Shown: positions 40,159 through 53,263 of the stretch, piece by piece
Layout: each line of letters starts with the position of its first letter
Numbering within the stretch: position 1 is the first letter of the stretch
Source: Eledone cirrhosa
Lineage: Eukaryota
Reading direction: 5' to 3'
Assembly (NCBI GenBank): GCA_964016885.1
Contig: OZ024743.1
Span: 197,284,001-197,348,000, forward strand
DNA: 64,000 nucleotides
The notes under the pieces: model-generated
The model's input: only the letters and a program-made list of their open reading frames with translations
Told to the model about the DNA's origin: nothing
Databases searched by the model: none
Translations under genes and position numbers: made by a program

Positions 40159-40335
40159 TTAACCTTTTAGCATTTATACTGGTCATATCTGGCCAGAATT
40201 CTTTCACTTCTTTCTGTTCAAACCAGCTGTAACCAGCCACTCATACTGATATTAAGGTATTGTTCTCAAAATAAGTAATATCAAAATCTCATAGATTATG
40301 TGAGATAGTTATGAGAGGTAAAGCCTTTAAAGTGA
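40159..40335. mobile_element. Truncated MITE family A
   Basis: Left terminus TTAACCTTTTAGCATTTA and body present; right terminus missing. Confidence 0.8.
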
Positions 40336-40998
40336 AAGTTAACTTCAATTGCAGATTTTTGACTGTGAAAATTAGTTTAACAAGTTGAGTACATACGTCC
40401 CCAGAGATGGAATAAAGCAGTCAAAAACCTGCATTGCAGCTGTTAACAATAAGCTAACATACATTCTTAATTTTTCATTCTGAAAATTATCAAAAACCAT
40501 TAACATTCATTATGCTAATACAAATGGCACTGATACCAATCTTTATATTTTTACTGGTAACAAAAAGCATAAAATACACCCCAAAAGACCTCTGCATGTA
40601 TGTGGACATCATCATCATCTCCGTTTTACGTCTGTTCTTCCATGCTAGCATGTTTGTAAGTATGCATGTGTGTATCTATGGAGAAGGGGTAGTATAATAT
40701 AATGAAAATTAAATTAAATAACAGCTCACACCTATGCAGATTTAGCTGTGACCCATGATGTTGCTTCTCATAAGGAGGTTTCTTGGGTGTTTTAATATTG
40801 AGGGTCCCAGTCGTATCATGAAAAGCAACATGAAATGGAGCACCAGCATGCCCTGGAATTAAACTCATGACCTTATGATACCCTAACCACACATATCATC
40901 ATCATCACCATCACCGTTTAGCCTCCATTTTCCATGCTTGCATGGATTAGAAGAGTTGTCCATATTGGTAGACAAGTCTAGCCAGAACTGGCCACACT

Positions 40999-41340
40999 GT
41001 ACCTTGCACCGATGGAACTGTAAATTTGACAGGGGATTTTACAGCTGGATGCCCTTCCTAACACAAGCCTCATTTAATAAAGGTAAAATTAAATAAATGG
41101 GGCCCCAGGCCATAAGCCATCCAAGCCCTCAGCCCCTGGCAAAATATAAACTAAAATAAAATAAAAGTACCTTGCGCCGACAGGACTGTAAATTTGGCTA
41201 GGGATTTTACAGCTGGTTGCCCTTCCTAACACAAGCCTCATTTAATAAAGGTAAAATGAAATAAAAGGGACCCCAGGCCATAAGCCATCCCAAACCCTCA
41301 GCCCCTGGCAAAATATAAACTAAAATAAAATAAAATAGAA
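40999..41340. repeat. ~168-bp tandem duplication containing a SINE/LINE tail motif
   Basis: GTACCTTGC..CGA...GCCCTTCCTAACACAAGCCTC...CAGCCCCTGGCAAAATATAAACTAAAATAAAAT occurs twice (starts 40999 and 41167). Confidence 0.9.
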
Positions 41341-41639
41341 TAAAAGATAAGTAAACTGAGAAGGATATGTTGTAGGGGTCTAGTTGAAATAGCAACAACA
41401 ATATGACAGACAAATACTACAAACATAGCAGCAACTTGAGTTTTCTCAGGTTTCATGAGAAGTAAAAGCTGTGTGTTGATTCATGAGCCATTTCCAATCT
41501 GCCACACCAACATATTTCTTTTACTGTCTCAAGTGATCCCAATCATTCCAGCACTTTCCACACAGGCTTTTGTGTTTGTTGTTGATGTGGTTGGCCTGAC
41601 TCTCTTGTATTTTCAGCCTGGGCTTCCTAATTTTTTTCA

Positions 41640-41679
<40 letters not shown>

Positions 41680-42402
41680 TGTGTGTGTATAGAGGATGTC
41701 CCAAATTATATATGTATATATATATATATATATATATACATACTGGGTGTGTTTGTTTGCATTTCTTGTTATTGTGGCTGTAGTTGTTGTTGTTGTTGTG
41801 GTGGTGGTGGTAGTAGTAGTTGTAGGTGTTGAAGCAGTTGTAGTTGTAGTTGTTGTTGTTGTTGTAGTTGTATATGTGTGTTCCTTGACAGCATGCTTAA
41901 CACCCCACAGGTGTTGTCCTCAAGACAAGCTCTCCTGCTGCTGCTGAAATTTTTTCTCCATTGAAAATGTGAACTCTGACCCAGGCTGCTGTTAAACTCT
42001 TTGTTATTTATGAAGCATTTAAGAAGAACAATGCATTACAAGAAGTTAAAAACATTTAAAAAGAGAAGAAAGGATGTTGCAGGAGGAAGGGAGGGGAGCT
42101 TTCTGCTATATTGACAGCAAAACATTCTTCTAAATGTAGCTTTGTTTCCAGTATTTGATAGTTGGCTCTTGTCCCTAGGGGAAGGTGAAAATAAAGTAAA
42201 CAGATAAAAACATTAAAAAAGAAAATTTAAAAAATAATAGCTTCTGACATTGTAATTCTATAATTGGAAGTACAGAGATTTTTTTTACTAAACTCTCTAG
42301 CAGGAGGACTATAGAATGTAGAGTAGTGATGCTGTATTTGTACAGGAACACTGATGCTTATTTCTACCCCTTTCAGAAATCTGGACTATTAAGCTGGACA
42401 AA

Positions 42403-42608
42403 TTATCCCTTTAGCATTTACATTACTCTATATTTACTATTATATTTTCACGGTAAAGGCTTTTATCTCACATAATATCTAATCTATGAGATTTATTTTG
42501 AGAACAATACCTTAACATAAGTATGAGTGGCCAGTTACAGGTGGTTTGAACAGAAAGAGGTGAGAGATTTCTGGCCAGATATGGACAGTTTAAATGCTAA
42601 AGGGTTAA
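42403..42608. mobile_element. MITE family A
   Basis: CCCTTTAGCATTTA...TAAATGCTAAAGGGTTAA. Confidence 0.88.
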
Positions 42609-42634
42609 ACAAGTTGCCTATCTCTTCACTTGAG

Positions 42635-43670
42635 CTTAGTATTGGTAGAGCATTGGACAACATGCTTCGTAGCATAGAGTTACGGCCCTTTAGGTTCAAA
42701 TCCTGCCAAGGTTAGCTTTGCTTTTCATCCTTACAGGGTCGATAAAATAAAGTACCAGTCATGCACTGGGTCGATTTAATCGACTTTTCTCTCTCCCCAA
42801 ATTGCTTGCCTTGTGCCTATATAAGAAACCATTATTATTATTAAGGGTGGTGGATTGGGAGTATCAGAAGAGGGTCGGACACCATGCTTTGCAGCAAAGA
42901 GTTACGGCCTCTATGGTCTGAGTTCAAATCCCGCCGAGGTTAACTTTGCCTTTCATCCTTACGGGGTCGATAAAATAAAGTACCAGTAATACACTGGTAT
43001 AATTGCTGGCCTTGTGCCAAAAGTAGAAATAATTATTATTAAGGGTGGTGGATTGGCAGTAATTGGTAGAGGGCTGGACAACATGCTTTGCAGCATATAG
43101 TTACGTCCCTTTACATTCTGAGTTCAAATCCTGCTGCGGTTAGCTTTGCCTTTTATCCCTATGGGGTTGATGAAATAAAGTACCAGTAACACACTGCTGT
43201 CAATTTAGTCCACTTTTCCCTTCTTCAAAATTGTTGGCCTTGTGCCTAAATCAGAAACCATTATTAGGCAGTGGAGTGGCCGTATCGGTAGAGGGTCAGA
43301 TGCCATGCTTTGCAAGCATAGAGTTATGTCCTTTTATCGTCAAATCCCACCGAGGTTAACTTTGCCTTTCATCCTTAAGTTGATAAAATAAAGTACCAGT
43401 AATGCACTGGGATAATTGCTGGCCTTGTGCCAAAAGTAGAAACAATTATTAGGGCTGTGGATTGGCCATATCAGTAGAGCATCAGATAATATGCTTTGCA
43501 ACATACAGTTACAGCCCTTTATTTTATGAGTTCAAATACTGCTAAAGTTAGCTCTGTCTTTCATCCTTATGGGGTCAATAAAATAAAGTACCAGTAGTGC
43601 ATTGGGGATGAACTAATCAACTTTCCCTTTCCCCTCAATTTGCTGACCTTGTGCCAAAAGTAGAAACAAT
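42635..43670 (+). mobile_element. Head-to-tail array of about 5 SINE family B copies
   Basis: Heads at ~42635, 42843, 43041, 43266 and 43451, each joined to the previous tail through (ATT)n. Confidence 0.92.
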
Positions 43671-44056
43671 TGCTATTATTATTCTTACTCATCAGCATTG
43701 GCACAGGGTCGGCTACCCACAGGTGTGAGCCTCGCAAGCTGGAATGGCACTTCCAACATATATATAAATATACATTATTGTTGATTTGGCATTACCGGGA
43801 GAGCAGTAGACAAAATGGTTTGGGGTATCTGAGGTCAACTTTGCCTTTCATCCTTCTGGGGTCGATAAAATAAAGTAGCAGTCAAGTACTGGAGACGATA
43901 TAATTTACTTTCCCCTCCCCTCAAATTGCTTGCCTTGTACCAAGGTTAGAAAGAATTAGCATTATTTTCCCCCCTTTTTTTCTCAATAATTAATAATGTC
44001 AAGGTTCATGTCTTGTTATATATTTGATTTATGATCTAAATCATTGCTATTACAGC

Positions 44057-44087
<31 letters not shown>

Positions 44088-44308
44088 CACACATACACAT
44101 AGACACACAAATGAGGGAACTTCTACACTCTTCCTGTTTGAAATAACAGTTAAATCTCTTTGAAACTATAATCTACATCCTTAAAAAGAAAAAAAAAACT
44201 ACACACACACATTGGATAATGTTGCTCAAGAGATATTAATTCTGAAAATCTGAAAGTTGTGGCCCTCCCAGCTTTCTTACTGGCAGGACTGCTTGTGTCC
44301 TTGGCTTT

Positions 44309-44536
44309 TTAACCCTTTAGCATTTAAATTACTCTATATATAGTATTGTATTTTCGCAGTAAAGGCTTTCTCAGATAATTGTCTCACATAATATTGGATC
44401 TATGAGAATTTTGATATTATTTATTTTGAGAACAATACCTTAACATAAGTATGAGTGGCCAGTTACAGCCGGTTTGAACAAAAAGAGGTGAGAGAATTCT
44501 GGCTGGATATGGCCAGTTGAAATGCTAAAGAGTTAA
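44309..44536. mobile_element. MITE family A
   Basis: TTAACCCTTTAGCATTTA...AAATGCTAAAGAGTTAA. Confidence 0.88.
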
Positions 44537-45434
44537 GTGCACATATCTGTGAAATGTTAAGCCATATGCACAATAATTTCATAAGCAAGCAGTTCCATTG
44601 ATCAAAACATTGGAACAGTCATCATTGGAAATGACAGAGATCCAATAACTTGGCAAGTTTTGACATCTTCCTCTAACAGGAGCAAAAGTGTCTTAAAATT
44701 GGAAACATTAAATACAGAAAGGGTAAAAGCACTACAAACTACAAAGAATAGTAACAGCAACAGCAAAACTATAGCAAAATCTTTTTGAAACTGCAGAATA
44801 GCCATTTTCAAGATTTCAGCCCTTACTCATAAAAGAAAACATATTAAGTTCCTTAAACATTCTAAACAGCTGTTATAAATTTTCACAAAGAATCAATTCA
44901 AAAAACAAATTAAGGTTAGTTAATCCTAGATCAGCAAATTATGTGGCATAAAGTTGCCGGCCGTCTACAAATGAATTCAGTTAAATCTGGGAAAGAAACA
45001 AAACCCTTCAGTCTAAAAGATGATCTATTTTACAAGTATTTCTCTAACAGAGAAACATATTTCTCGAATGGCAGAGAGAAGAAGGTTTTTTTAGAGCTAT
45101 AACATTTCTGATGATGTAATCAAGAAGTAGAGATATCATTTAACACATTTATTTCACCCCTGTTTATGAATTTCTCTGTAAATATATATATACATGTCGC
45201 ATATTTGGATGCCATTCCAATCAGTATTGGAATACATGTTAAAGCACACACACACACACAAACAAACAAACAAACAAACAAAATTAAAATAACAATTAAA
45301 AAAATTATATAAAAACAGTAAAGAAAAGGAAGAGAAAGTAAAGAATAACATCCATTTTAATATATATACATGTGTGTATATATACATATATATATATATA
45401 CATGTGTGTGTGTGTGTGTGTATATATACATATA

Positions 45435-45482
<48 letters not shown>

Positions 45483-46428
45483 TTTATATATATAGATATA
45501 TGCAACACACACAAACACAGACATACATCCACATAGGCACACGACAGGAATTTCCTTTTCAATAGAAATGTTGTATTAGAACAAATATCAGAATGTCACC
45601 TTCAATAATATATTGACTTAAGAACTGCTACAGTGGAACTTCCAAGTTTCACATTTATTGAAAATATTTTTTTTTAAGTGATAAAGGATAAAAGGTAAAA
45701 ATGCCATGTTTTTATCATTAAAAAAATCTCTATATATATATAATTTGAAAAAATATATACAATATATATATATATATATATATTACATAGATATTTTTTT
45801 AAATTTCATATTATATTAAATATAATATAAATTGAGAGGGCTATCAATGTAATTTTTGCAAGGAATGGCAAAATTTCATATCAGCAATATTTCAATAAAA
45901 CAGACATCAAAACTCAAAACAATATATACATACATGTGTGTGTATGTGTGTGTATATATATATACATACACAGACATAGATATACATACATGTGTATAGA
46001 TAGATATAGGCATGCTATTTCAATGTCTTATTGAAATAACTAAATGAAGCAAATATGAAGAAGAAAAAAAAACACAAAAAAATAAAAACATTTAAAATTT
46101 CTAGAATTAAATAAGAACGTTGCAAAAGATTAGATCAACATGTTCATCTTTTTTTTTCTGCTTTTCTAAACTTTTTTTTTTAACCATTCTCGTTCCAGTT
46201 TTCTTTTTCTCACCAGATAAATATTAAGTGAGAAATAATAATTTTTAAAAAATAACATACATACAAAGCTATTGTATGTATGTTAAAGTAAAATGTGAAA
46301 ATAAACATGGTATGGCAAGTGTATTTAATACTGATGTGACAAACTAAAATGGAATAAATATATATGAAAGAAGAGAAGAAAAGAGAAGACAGTTGTTGCA
46401 TGTGTGTATTTGTTTTTCCCTGTAAATA

Positions 46429-46511
<83 letters not shown>

Positions 46512-46566
46512 CCCATGCTAGCATGGAAAATGGACGTTAAACGAAGATGATGATGAGATGATGATG

Positions 46567-46605
<39 letters not shown>

Positions 46606-46857
46606 TATATGTGTATATATGTATACTGTAAAGAGTTGGGACCCGACTGATGAGCTCTTGCCATTTCAATGGGTGTGTGTGTGTATATATATATATATAT
46701 ACCCAAATCTATGTACATATGTGTGCAGACATGGATGTATGTACATGTATGTATGCATATATATATGTGTGTGTATGCATATATATATATATATATATAG
46801 ATATATATAGATATATGTATATATATATATATGTATATATAATACATATATATTTAT

Positions 46858-46890
<33 letters not shown>

Positions 46891-47697
46891 AGATACATAT
46901 CTATGCATATGTGCAAATATGTATACATAGACACGTGTGTGTGGATGAATGAATCAGGTTACAACATAATTTAAAAAGCACTGTATTCTGTGCACTAGAG
47001 AATGACCAATATACAAACTATATTAATTTCATGTAATATTACATTATGATATGAAAATGATAGAAAGGTAATACTACAAAATATAACTGAGGGCAAATGA
47101 AAGACATGGCAATACAATTTTATAAACTGCACATTAAGTGAAGTCTTCGATTACCAATTAATTTACATATGAAATATAGAAACACACTATAGTATTGTCT
47201 ATAAAATATTTAAAGGCTCTAGTTGCGTATGTTTGCGTGAGAATATATCTGTCTGTGTGTGATTATATATATATCAATTATATATATATATATATATATA
47301 TAAGCTCAAACACGAACACACACACCAAACAGGAAACACACATGCAAATGCATGCACAGAGACAAGAATAAATAATTAAATAAATAAAATAAAAATGCTG
47401 TAGACATTACAATACAACGGGAGGAAACATAATAGAACCACTAATGATGTCACAGATGTGTGATGAAAGAACTTTGATAAACTATATATATATAGATAGG
47501 TATTTTTAACCGTTAGTCAATCAATGATAAACATTGATTTCCAGATAAATTAACTATGGAGATATAAAAGATACAGAAGCAAAAAACAATCCAAACCAAA
47601 CAGTGAGTGTGTTCTATTATTATTTCTGGCAATATTATAACAATATGACTCTCCCCAAATATAACAATATATGTATATATATATTTATATATGAGTG

Positions 47698-47830
47698 AGT
47701 TCCGGTTTAATCGGCGGTAACCGCAGTATGTGAGGTACTCAATACATTAGTAGAGTGCAAACATCAAATTTAATATAGAAATGGCTTCTGCAGGACTAGA
47801 ACTGTTTCATTTGAAGGACATTATCAGCAA
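47698..47830 (-). mobile_element. Penelope/retrozyme-like terminal fragment with decayed hammerhead (paralog of 62655-62786)
   Basis: Aligns with 62655-62786; core reads CTGATAA...GAAACAG-TTCTAGTC-CTGCA (G8 and U16.1 mutated). Confidence 0.65.
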
Positions 47831-48049
47831 CTATATTATATACGTATATATTAAACTTATGCCAAAAAACTATTTAGTGGAGTATATGTCAGACAGACTA
47901 AAATAAAATAGTCTCACTCATATAAACGTCTCCCTACCATGGTTTCAAAAAAAAAAAAAAAAAAAAAAAAACTATACCAGCAATTTCAAATCATTGGAAT
48001 AACCAATATTGGAGGAATTTGTTTTTTTCTCTGATTAATATCTCATCCG

Positions 48050-48203
48050 TAATGGCTGGTCATATTTATGTTAAGGTATTGTTTTGAAAATAAATATCAA
48101 AATCTCATAAATTCGATATTATGTGAGATAATTATGTGATGTAAATCCTTTACCATGAAAATACAATAGTAAATAGAGAGTAATGTAAATTCTAAAGGGT
48201 TAA
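48050..48203. mobile_element. Truncated MITE family A
   Basis: Right part and terminus TAAAGGGTTAA. Confidence 0.8.
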
Positions 48204-48634
48204 GGATATAACTCAGTAATCCTGAGTGAGTTATGTAATATACTTCACAAAGCAGGAATAGATACAAATTGGAGAACAAGGGAACATTCTGCAGTATGGA
48301 AGTTGCAGAAAGCAAGAGAAAATTTGGTAATCTATATTGTCATAATCATCATTATTTATTGTAAGGTTCCCATACTAGCAAGTGTTGGATGGGTCCTCGC
48401 AAACTGAGTCAGTATTCAAGTAAAGCTACTGACCTCTCAGATGGGCCAGGGATCTGCATCTCACAGTCCAGCATTCTACTAAATCATTTTATTATGTTTA
48501 TGATGCAGCTAAAGGGTCTTCCCAACTCTTTGTTGGGCAAGCTTCCTACAGTTGAATGCCTTTCCGATCACCAATCACTTTACAGAGTGTATTTGTGCAT
48601 TTGTGTAGCTCACCTACACTAGGGAGGGGGGGAA

Positions 48635-48810
48635 TCATCATCATCCATTTTTTTTTTATTGTGCAGGACACAATCCCTAAGTAGGGGTGGGTCCTGCCTG
48701 ATAATGCTTCTTAGCGTCCCACTCCATGTGTTTCTGTCCACCGGTCTCACTTGAGCCATGCCAAGCCTAGCTTGAATCTGACAGACAGCCTCCATCCAAG
48801 TCCTTTGAAA
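48635..48810 (-). pseudogene. RTE-like LINE 3' end fragment
   Basis: RTWMEAV...DRNTWSGTL...DPPL followed by a (GAT)n tail. Confidence 0.5.
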
Positions 48811-49463
48811 CAACTGAAGAGTCCTTCCAATTTTTGTTTAGAAAGTTTCTGTGACAAATGCCTTCCTATCACCAAGCACTTTACAGAGTCTACTGGGTGC
48901 GTTTTTTGTGTAGATCCATAAAACTAGAGAGGTTGTCATGCCGTTGACACAGCGGAAGAGTTGTATACCAAAAAAATTCAATGGATAGCTTTGTTGGACA
49001 AAGAATATGTTTAAAACATGAATAATTCCTTTCACTACATTGTGTGGCAAGTTTGGTAAATCCATTTAAATTTGTAACTTCAACTTCTATTTCTAAACTA
49101 CATATAGCTGAACTGTTATATGACAAAACTAACCATGCATTTCTAGTCATGCTTTAGTACAGATAGAATATATTACATAGGCAGCTGTTAGTTAAGGCAT
49201 GAATATGGAGAGGGGCAGTATAGTTGATATCTATATAGAGGCTTCTAGAATATTGTCAAATTGCTTGTTATGAGCCCTGAGAGAGAGAGAAAGAGAGATG
49301 CAGTGAGATATAAGAAAAAGAGGTGAAAAGTGGCATTAAGTGATAGTTCAAGTGAAGCTGAGCCCTGAGAGAGAAGCGGGGTATAGTAAGAAATGGGAAA
49401 AGTGGAGTAGTGTGGTAGTTAGTCCAAGTGTGGCTCATGAAGGAGCCAGTGAGTTTTAAAAGA

Positions 49464-49683
49464 TTAACTCTTTAGCATTTACATTACTATATATATATTA
49501 TTGTATTTTCACAGTAAAGTCTTTACTTCACATAATTATCTCACATCGACTCTATGAGATTTTGATATTATTTTGAGAACAATACCTTAACATCAGTATG
49601 AGCGGTCGGTTACAGTCAGTTTGAATAGAAAGAGGTGAGAGAATTCTGGCTGGATATGACCAGTTTAAATGCTAAAGGGTTAA
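49464..49683. mobile_element. MITE family A
   Basis: TTAACTCTTTAGCATTTA...TAAATGCTAAAGGGTTAA. Confidence 0.88.
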
Positions 49684-49724
49684 ACTTTGCTGCAGTAACA
49701 ATTGACATCAGAAATTTATATTGA

Positions 49725-49940
49725 TTTCTATCATAGGCAAAACAAGGTCAGCAATATTAGTGAAGGGCAAAGTAGATTAACTCAACCCCAGTTCTTGACA
49801 GGTACTCTATTTTATCAACCCCAGAAAGATGAAAGGCAAATTTGACCTTGGTGGGATTTAAACTCAAAATGTAAAAGCCAGAATACATATTGAAATGTTA
49901 TTTTATCTGATGCTCTACAAATTCTGCCAATGTACTACCT
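49725..49940 (-). mobile_element. Diverged SINE family B
   Basis: Family core GGTACTCTATTTTATCAACCCCAGAAAGATGAAAGGCAAA. Confidence 0.8.
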
Positions 49941-49952
49941 CTACCATCAGAA

Positions 49953-50122
49953 ATATTTGGTGTGTGTGGTATAGTTGATTATATAAACTCCAATACTTAA
50001 CTGGTATATTAGCTTATCAATAGCACTTACCCATATGTGCCCCAAATGTGAGTTTGGCAATCTAATATATCAGTTAAGAATTGGAGTTGATATAAACTAT
50101 ACCACACACACAAACCAAATAT
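49953..50122. mobile_element. Foldback element, ~60-70-bp arms
   Basis: ATATTTGG..GTGTGTGGTATAGTT..AACTCCAAT.CTTAACTG mirrored by CAGTTAAG.ATTGGAGTT..AACTATACCACACAC..CCAAATAT. Confidence 0.8.
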
Positions 50123-50208
50123 CAAATGAAAACTTTAAGTAAACAATTCTAGAAATAGAGATTCATCACATTGACGAGATAATTTGACAAACATTAGTAT
50201 CTCTCCAG

Positions 50209-50545
50209 TAAAGGTGTATGGCTTAGTGGTTAGAGCATTGGACTTGCAATTGAGAGGTTGTGAGTTTGATTCTCGGACCAGGTGATGTGTTGTGTCCTTG
50301 AGCAAGGCACATTATATCATGTTGCTCCAGTTCGCTCAGCTGTAGAAATGAGTTGTGACGTCACCGGTGCCAAGCTGTATTGGCCATTGCTTTCCCTTGG
50401 ACATCGGTGGCGTGGAGAGGGGAGACTGGTATGCATGGGCAACTGCCGGTCTCCCACAAAACAAACCTTGCCTAGGTTTGTGCCTTGCAGGGGAAGCTTT
50501 CTAGGTGCAAAACCATGGTCATTCATGCTCAATGGGGGTCTCTAA
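50209..50545 (+). mobile_element. tRNA-derived SINE with family-A head/core and an alternative 3' half
   Basis: ATGGCTTAGTGGTTAGAGCATTGG...GAGTTTGATTCTC...CCTTGAGCAAGGCAC; 3' half shared with 55250-55530. Confidence 0.85.
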
Positions 50546-50546
50546 G

Positions 50547-50892
50547 TATCTTCATCATCCTCATTTTATGTCCGCTTTTCCTTGCTTGCAAGGGTGGGAC
50601 GGGTCCTATTCAGCACAGAATCTCTCCATTCGTCACAGTCCTTCGACATCTCCTCTGTGAGCTTCAACGACCTGAGATCAGCTCCCACCACCTCCGCCCA
50701 TGATTTTCGTGGTTTTCCTCTACTGCGCCTTCCTTTCACTGGGATTTCTTGGCACTTCTTTACTCAGCAGTCATCCTCCATGCGCATCACATGTCCATAC
50801 CAATGCAGTCTTCTCTCCCACACACTACAGTTTATCCCTCTTATACACAGTTTCAATCTCAACTCATCTATGCTTGGTCGTTCATGCACATT
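50547..50892 (-). mobile_element. 5'-truncated RTE-clade LINE 3' end
   Basis: Minus translation ERRLHWYGHVMRMEDDC*VKKCQEIPVKGRRSRGKPRKSWAEVVGADL...EWRDSVLNRTRPTLASKEKRT*, then a (GAT)n-like tail. Confidence 0.9.
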
Positions 50893-52194
50893 GACTATCT
50901 CTTTAGTAATGTTGTTTCCAATCTTTTCACTACAAAAAGACCTTTTACTTAATAATTTTTATCCTCACATTACACCCTAACTAAAATGACTAGCCTCCCA
51001 TATTGTTATACGACAGTGAGAATAACAATTGAAAGAGAGAAATATTTATTCTTAGAGAAGAATGAATATCAAATAAAGTGTGCATATTGTGTGTTTAACA
51101 AAGTACTTGAAATCTTGAACTTAGCTCATGGATGCTCTAATACTACATACGTATACAGCACAAAATTCTAAACTTAAGTGAGAGTGAATAAAATAGCATA
51201 TTTCAAAAATTACTTTCCAAACAGAAGAGTTACATTAACTTAAAATAAAAGCATTTTAAGATGATTTTCCATAGTACAGTAGGGGTTAGCCTTGCAAGCC
51301 TGATCACAGACTTCATATCATTATGGGGTCATTTCTGAAGCAATGTTTTATGGCTGGATACCCTTCCTGGCACCAACTTTTTAGTTGCCTCTTATAACAC
51401 GGAGGAATACAGAGTACTTATTCTTAACTCTATAAGCAGAGTAAATATTCATTAAATTAAGAGAATTTTATCTGAGGAAAATCTAAATTTAATATATTAT
51501 TTAACAGAGAAAGCAATACAAAATATGTTTGAAATAACACCATCATTAAGTTGACACAGTGGAATATTTCTGAATGATATTCACATTCAGATATCTTATG
51601 AGAGATAATGACGAAGTGAACAATATTAAAACATCATAATTATCCACCAATAATACAGGCTTTTAGACTACTAATAAGAATGGTGATGGTGATGGGGGAG
51701 GGATGACTGATTAGAGAATAAATTAATAAGAATCTGATTAAAGCATTGAAGAAATTCTTTCTAGTCACACTGAACTCTGAAACCTTTCCTCTCCTCACCG
51801 GATTGTTTTAAGGCCTTTCTGCTCTGCATTTAAAGAGATTTCAAATTAATTATTGAAATGAGGAACAATTGACCAGCAAGGAATATAATTGGCTCAATTA
51901 CAGCAACATCAGTAGCTGTCAGAGGTTGATTGCAACATATCACACTGCAGTAAGTTCACTTAAATGAGCAGTAAAATATAAATGAACTAATCAACGTTAA
52001 TGAAGAAGACATATAGGAATTTATATTTTGTTTTGTTTTGTTTTTCTTCTTTCAATTTTGATTTATAACATAACAACATTGATTCTAATTGGCCTTTTGA
52101 GCTGCAAATGAAATATAATATGAAGCAAAACTCTGTATAGAGTAAAAGAATACAACACAAAACTAGCTATTTAGACTAAGAAAAAAAAATTGAA

Positions 52195-52600
52195 TAATAA
52201 AATAAAATATGGGCTGTACCATGGTTTCAATTTCTATATGTTATTAATTTAACTCTTTCGTTGCCATATTTCTAATGAAAGATACTGCCCATAGTTTTAA
52301 AATAATTTTGAAAATAATTAAGAATTTTGAAGGATTTAAGAATATAACTAACTTTTTCATTAAGTTGGTGCTTGGAACATAACTTAAAGGTTATTACACA
52401 AAATTAGAAAAAATAAAATAACCATTGTACCATGGTTTCAATTTCTATCAATTATCAATTTAACTTTTTTGTTACCATATTCCTAATGAAAAATATTGCC
52501 TATAATTTCAAATTGTGGAAATAATCAAGAATTTAGAGAGATTTAGTAATATAACTAACTTTCTCATTATTAAACTGCTGTTTGGAACACAACAGAGATT
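52195..52600. repeat. ~210-bp tandem duplication including a MITE family B end
   Basis: TGTACCATGGTTTCAATTTCTAT...TTAACT.TTT.GTT.CCATATT.CTAATGAAA twice. Confidence 0.8.
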
Positions 52601-53263
52601 CTTACTTAAAGCCCATTCCACTCCAGGTCTGAACACAGCTGATTTCTTTCAGAGAAAAAGTGTAAGAGAGAGAGGAAGTGAGAAAGAGATACAGAGGAAG
52701 AATTGACCACAGTATTGGACTGGTACTTTTTTTTATTCTCCTTGAATGTATGAAAGGTAAAGTTGAGCTCGGCAGGATTTGATCATAGAGTGCAGAAAGC
52801 TGAAACGAATACTGCCAATCCACCACTTCAGTGGATGTCATTAGAAATATGACAACGAAAAGGTAAAATAATTGTAGTTACAATTATGGAAATGCAAGTT
52901 ATTAACATTTAAGTAAATTATCTCTCATCCTTTTAGATGACTTCTTCATCATTGTCTACCAGTTCTTTACATTGGCAGCCATGGGGGTTAAATTCTTATC
53001 AGCACCCCATCTAGGTAATGGTGTTGGCTGCTTCTTTCAATATTAGCCATAAGGTTACTAAGATTTTAGGTGTATTAGTTCGAGTGTGCAATATATAGAT
53101 ATCTCTTGTTTATTGTTGCTTGTCTTGCAACTGTCACATATATTATATGGTGGGTTTACAGTCTTTTTTTTTAAACTTCTTGTGCAGTTAGCAGCAGGAA
53201 ACCCACCTATTAGTATTTGTAGATTGCAATGAGATATCCCCTCAGTTGTCATGATCAGTTTAG

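Noticed and set aside
46640-46670. CTGATGA in a CAGAGTACTC-family fragment as a hammerhead core
   Set aside because: Aligns to CAGCTGA in paralogs, so it is a chance mutation; no downstream GAAA.
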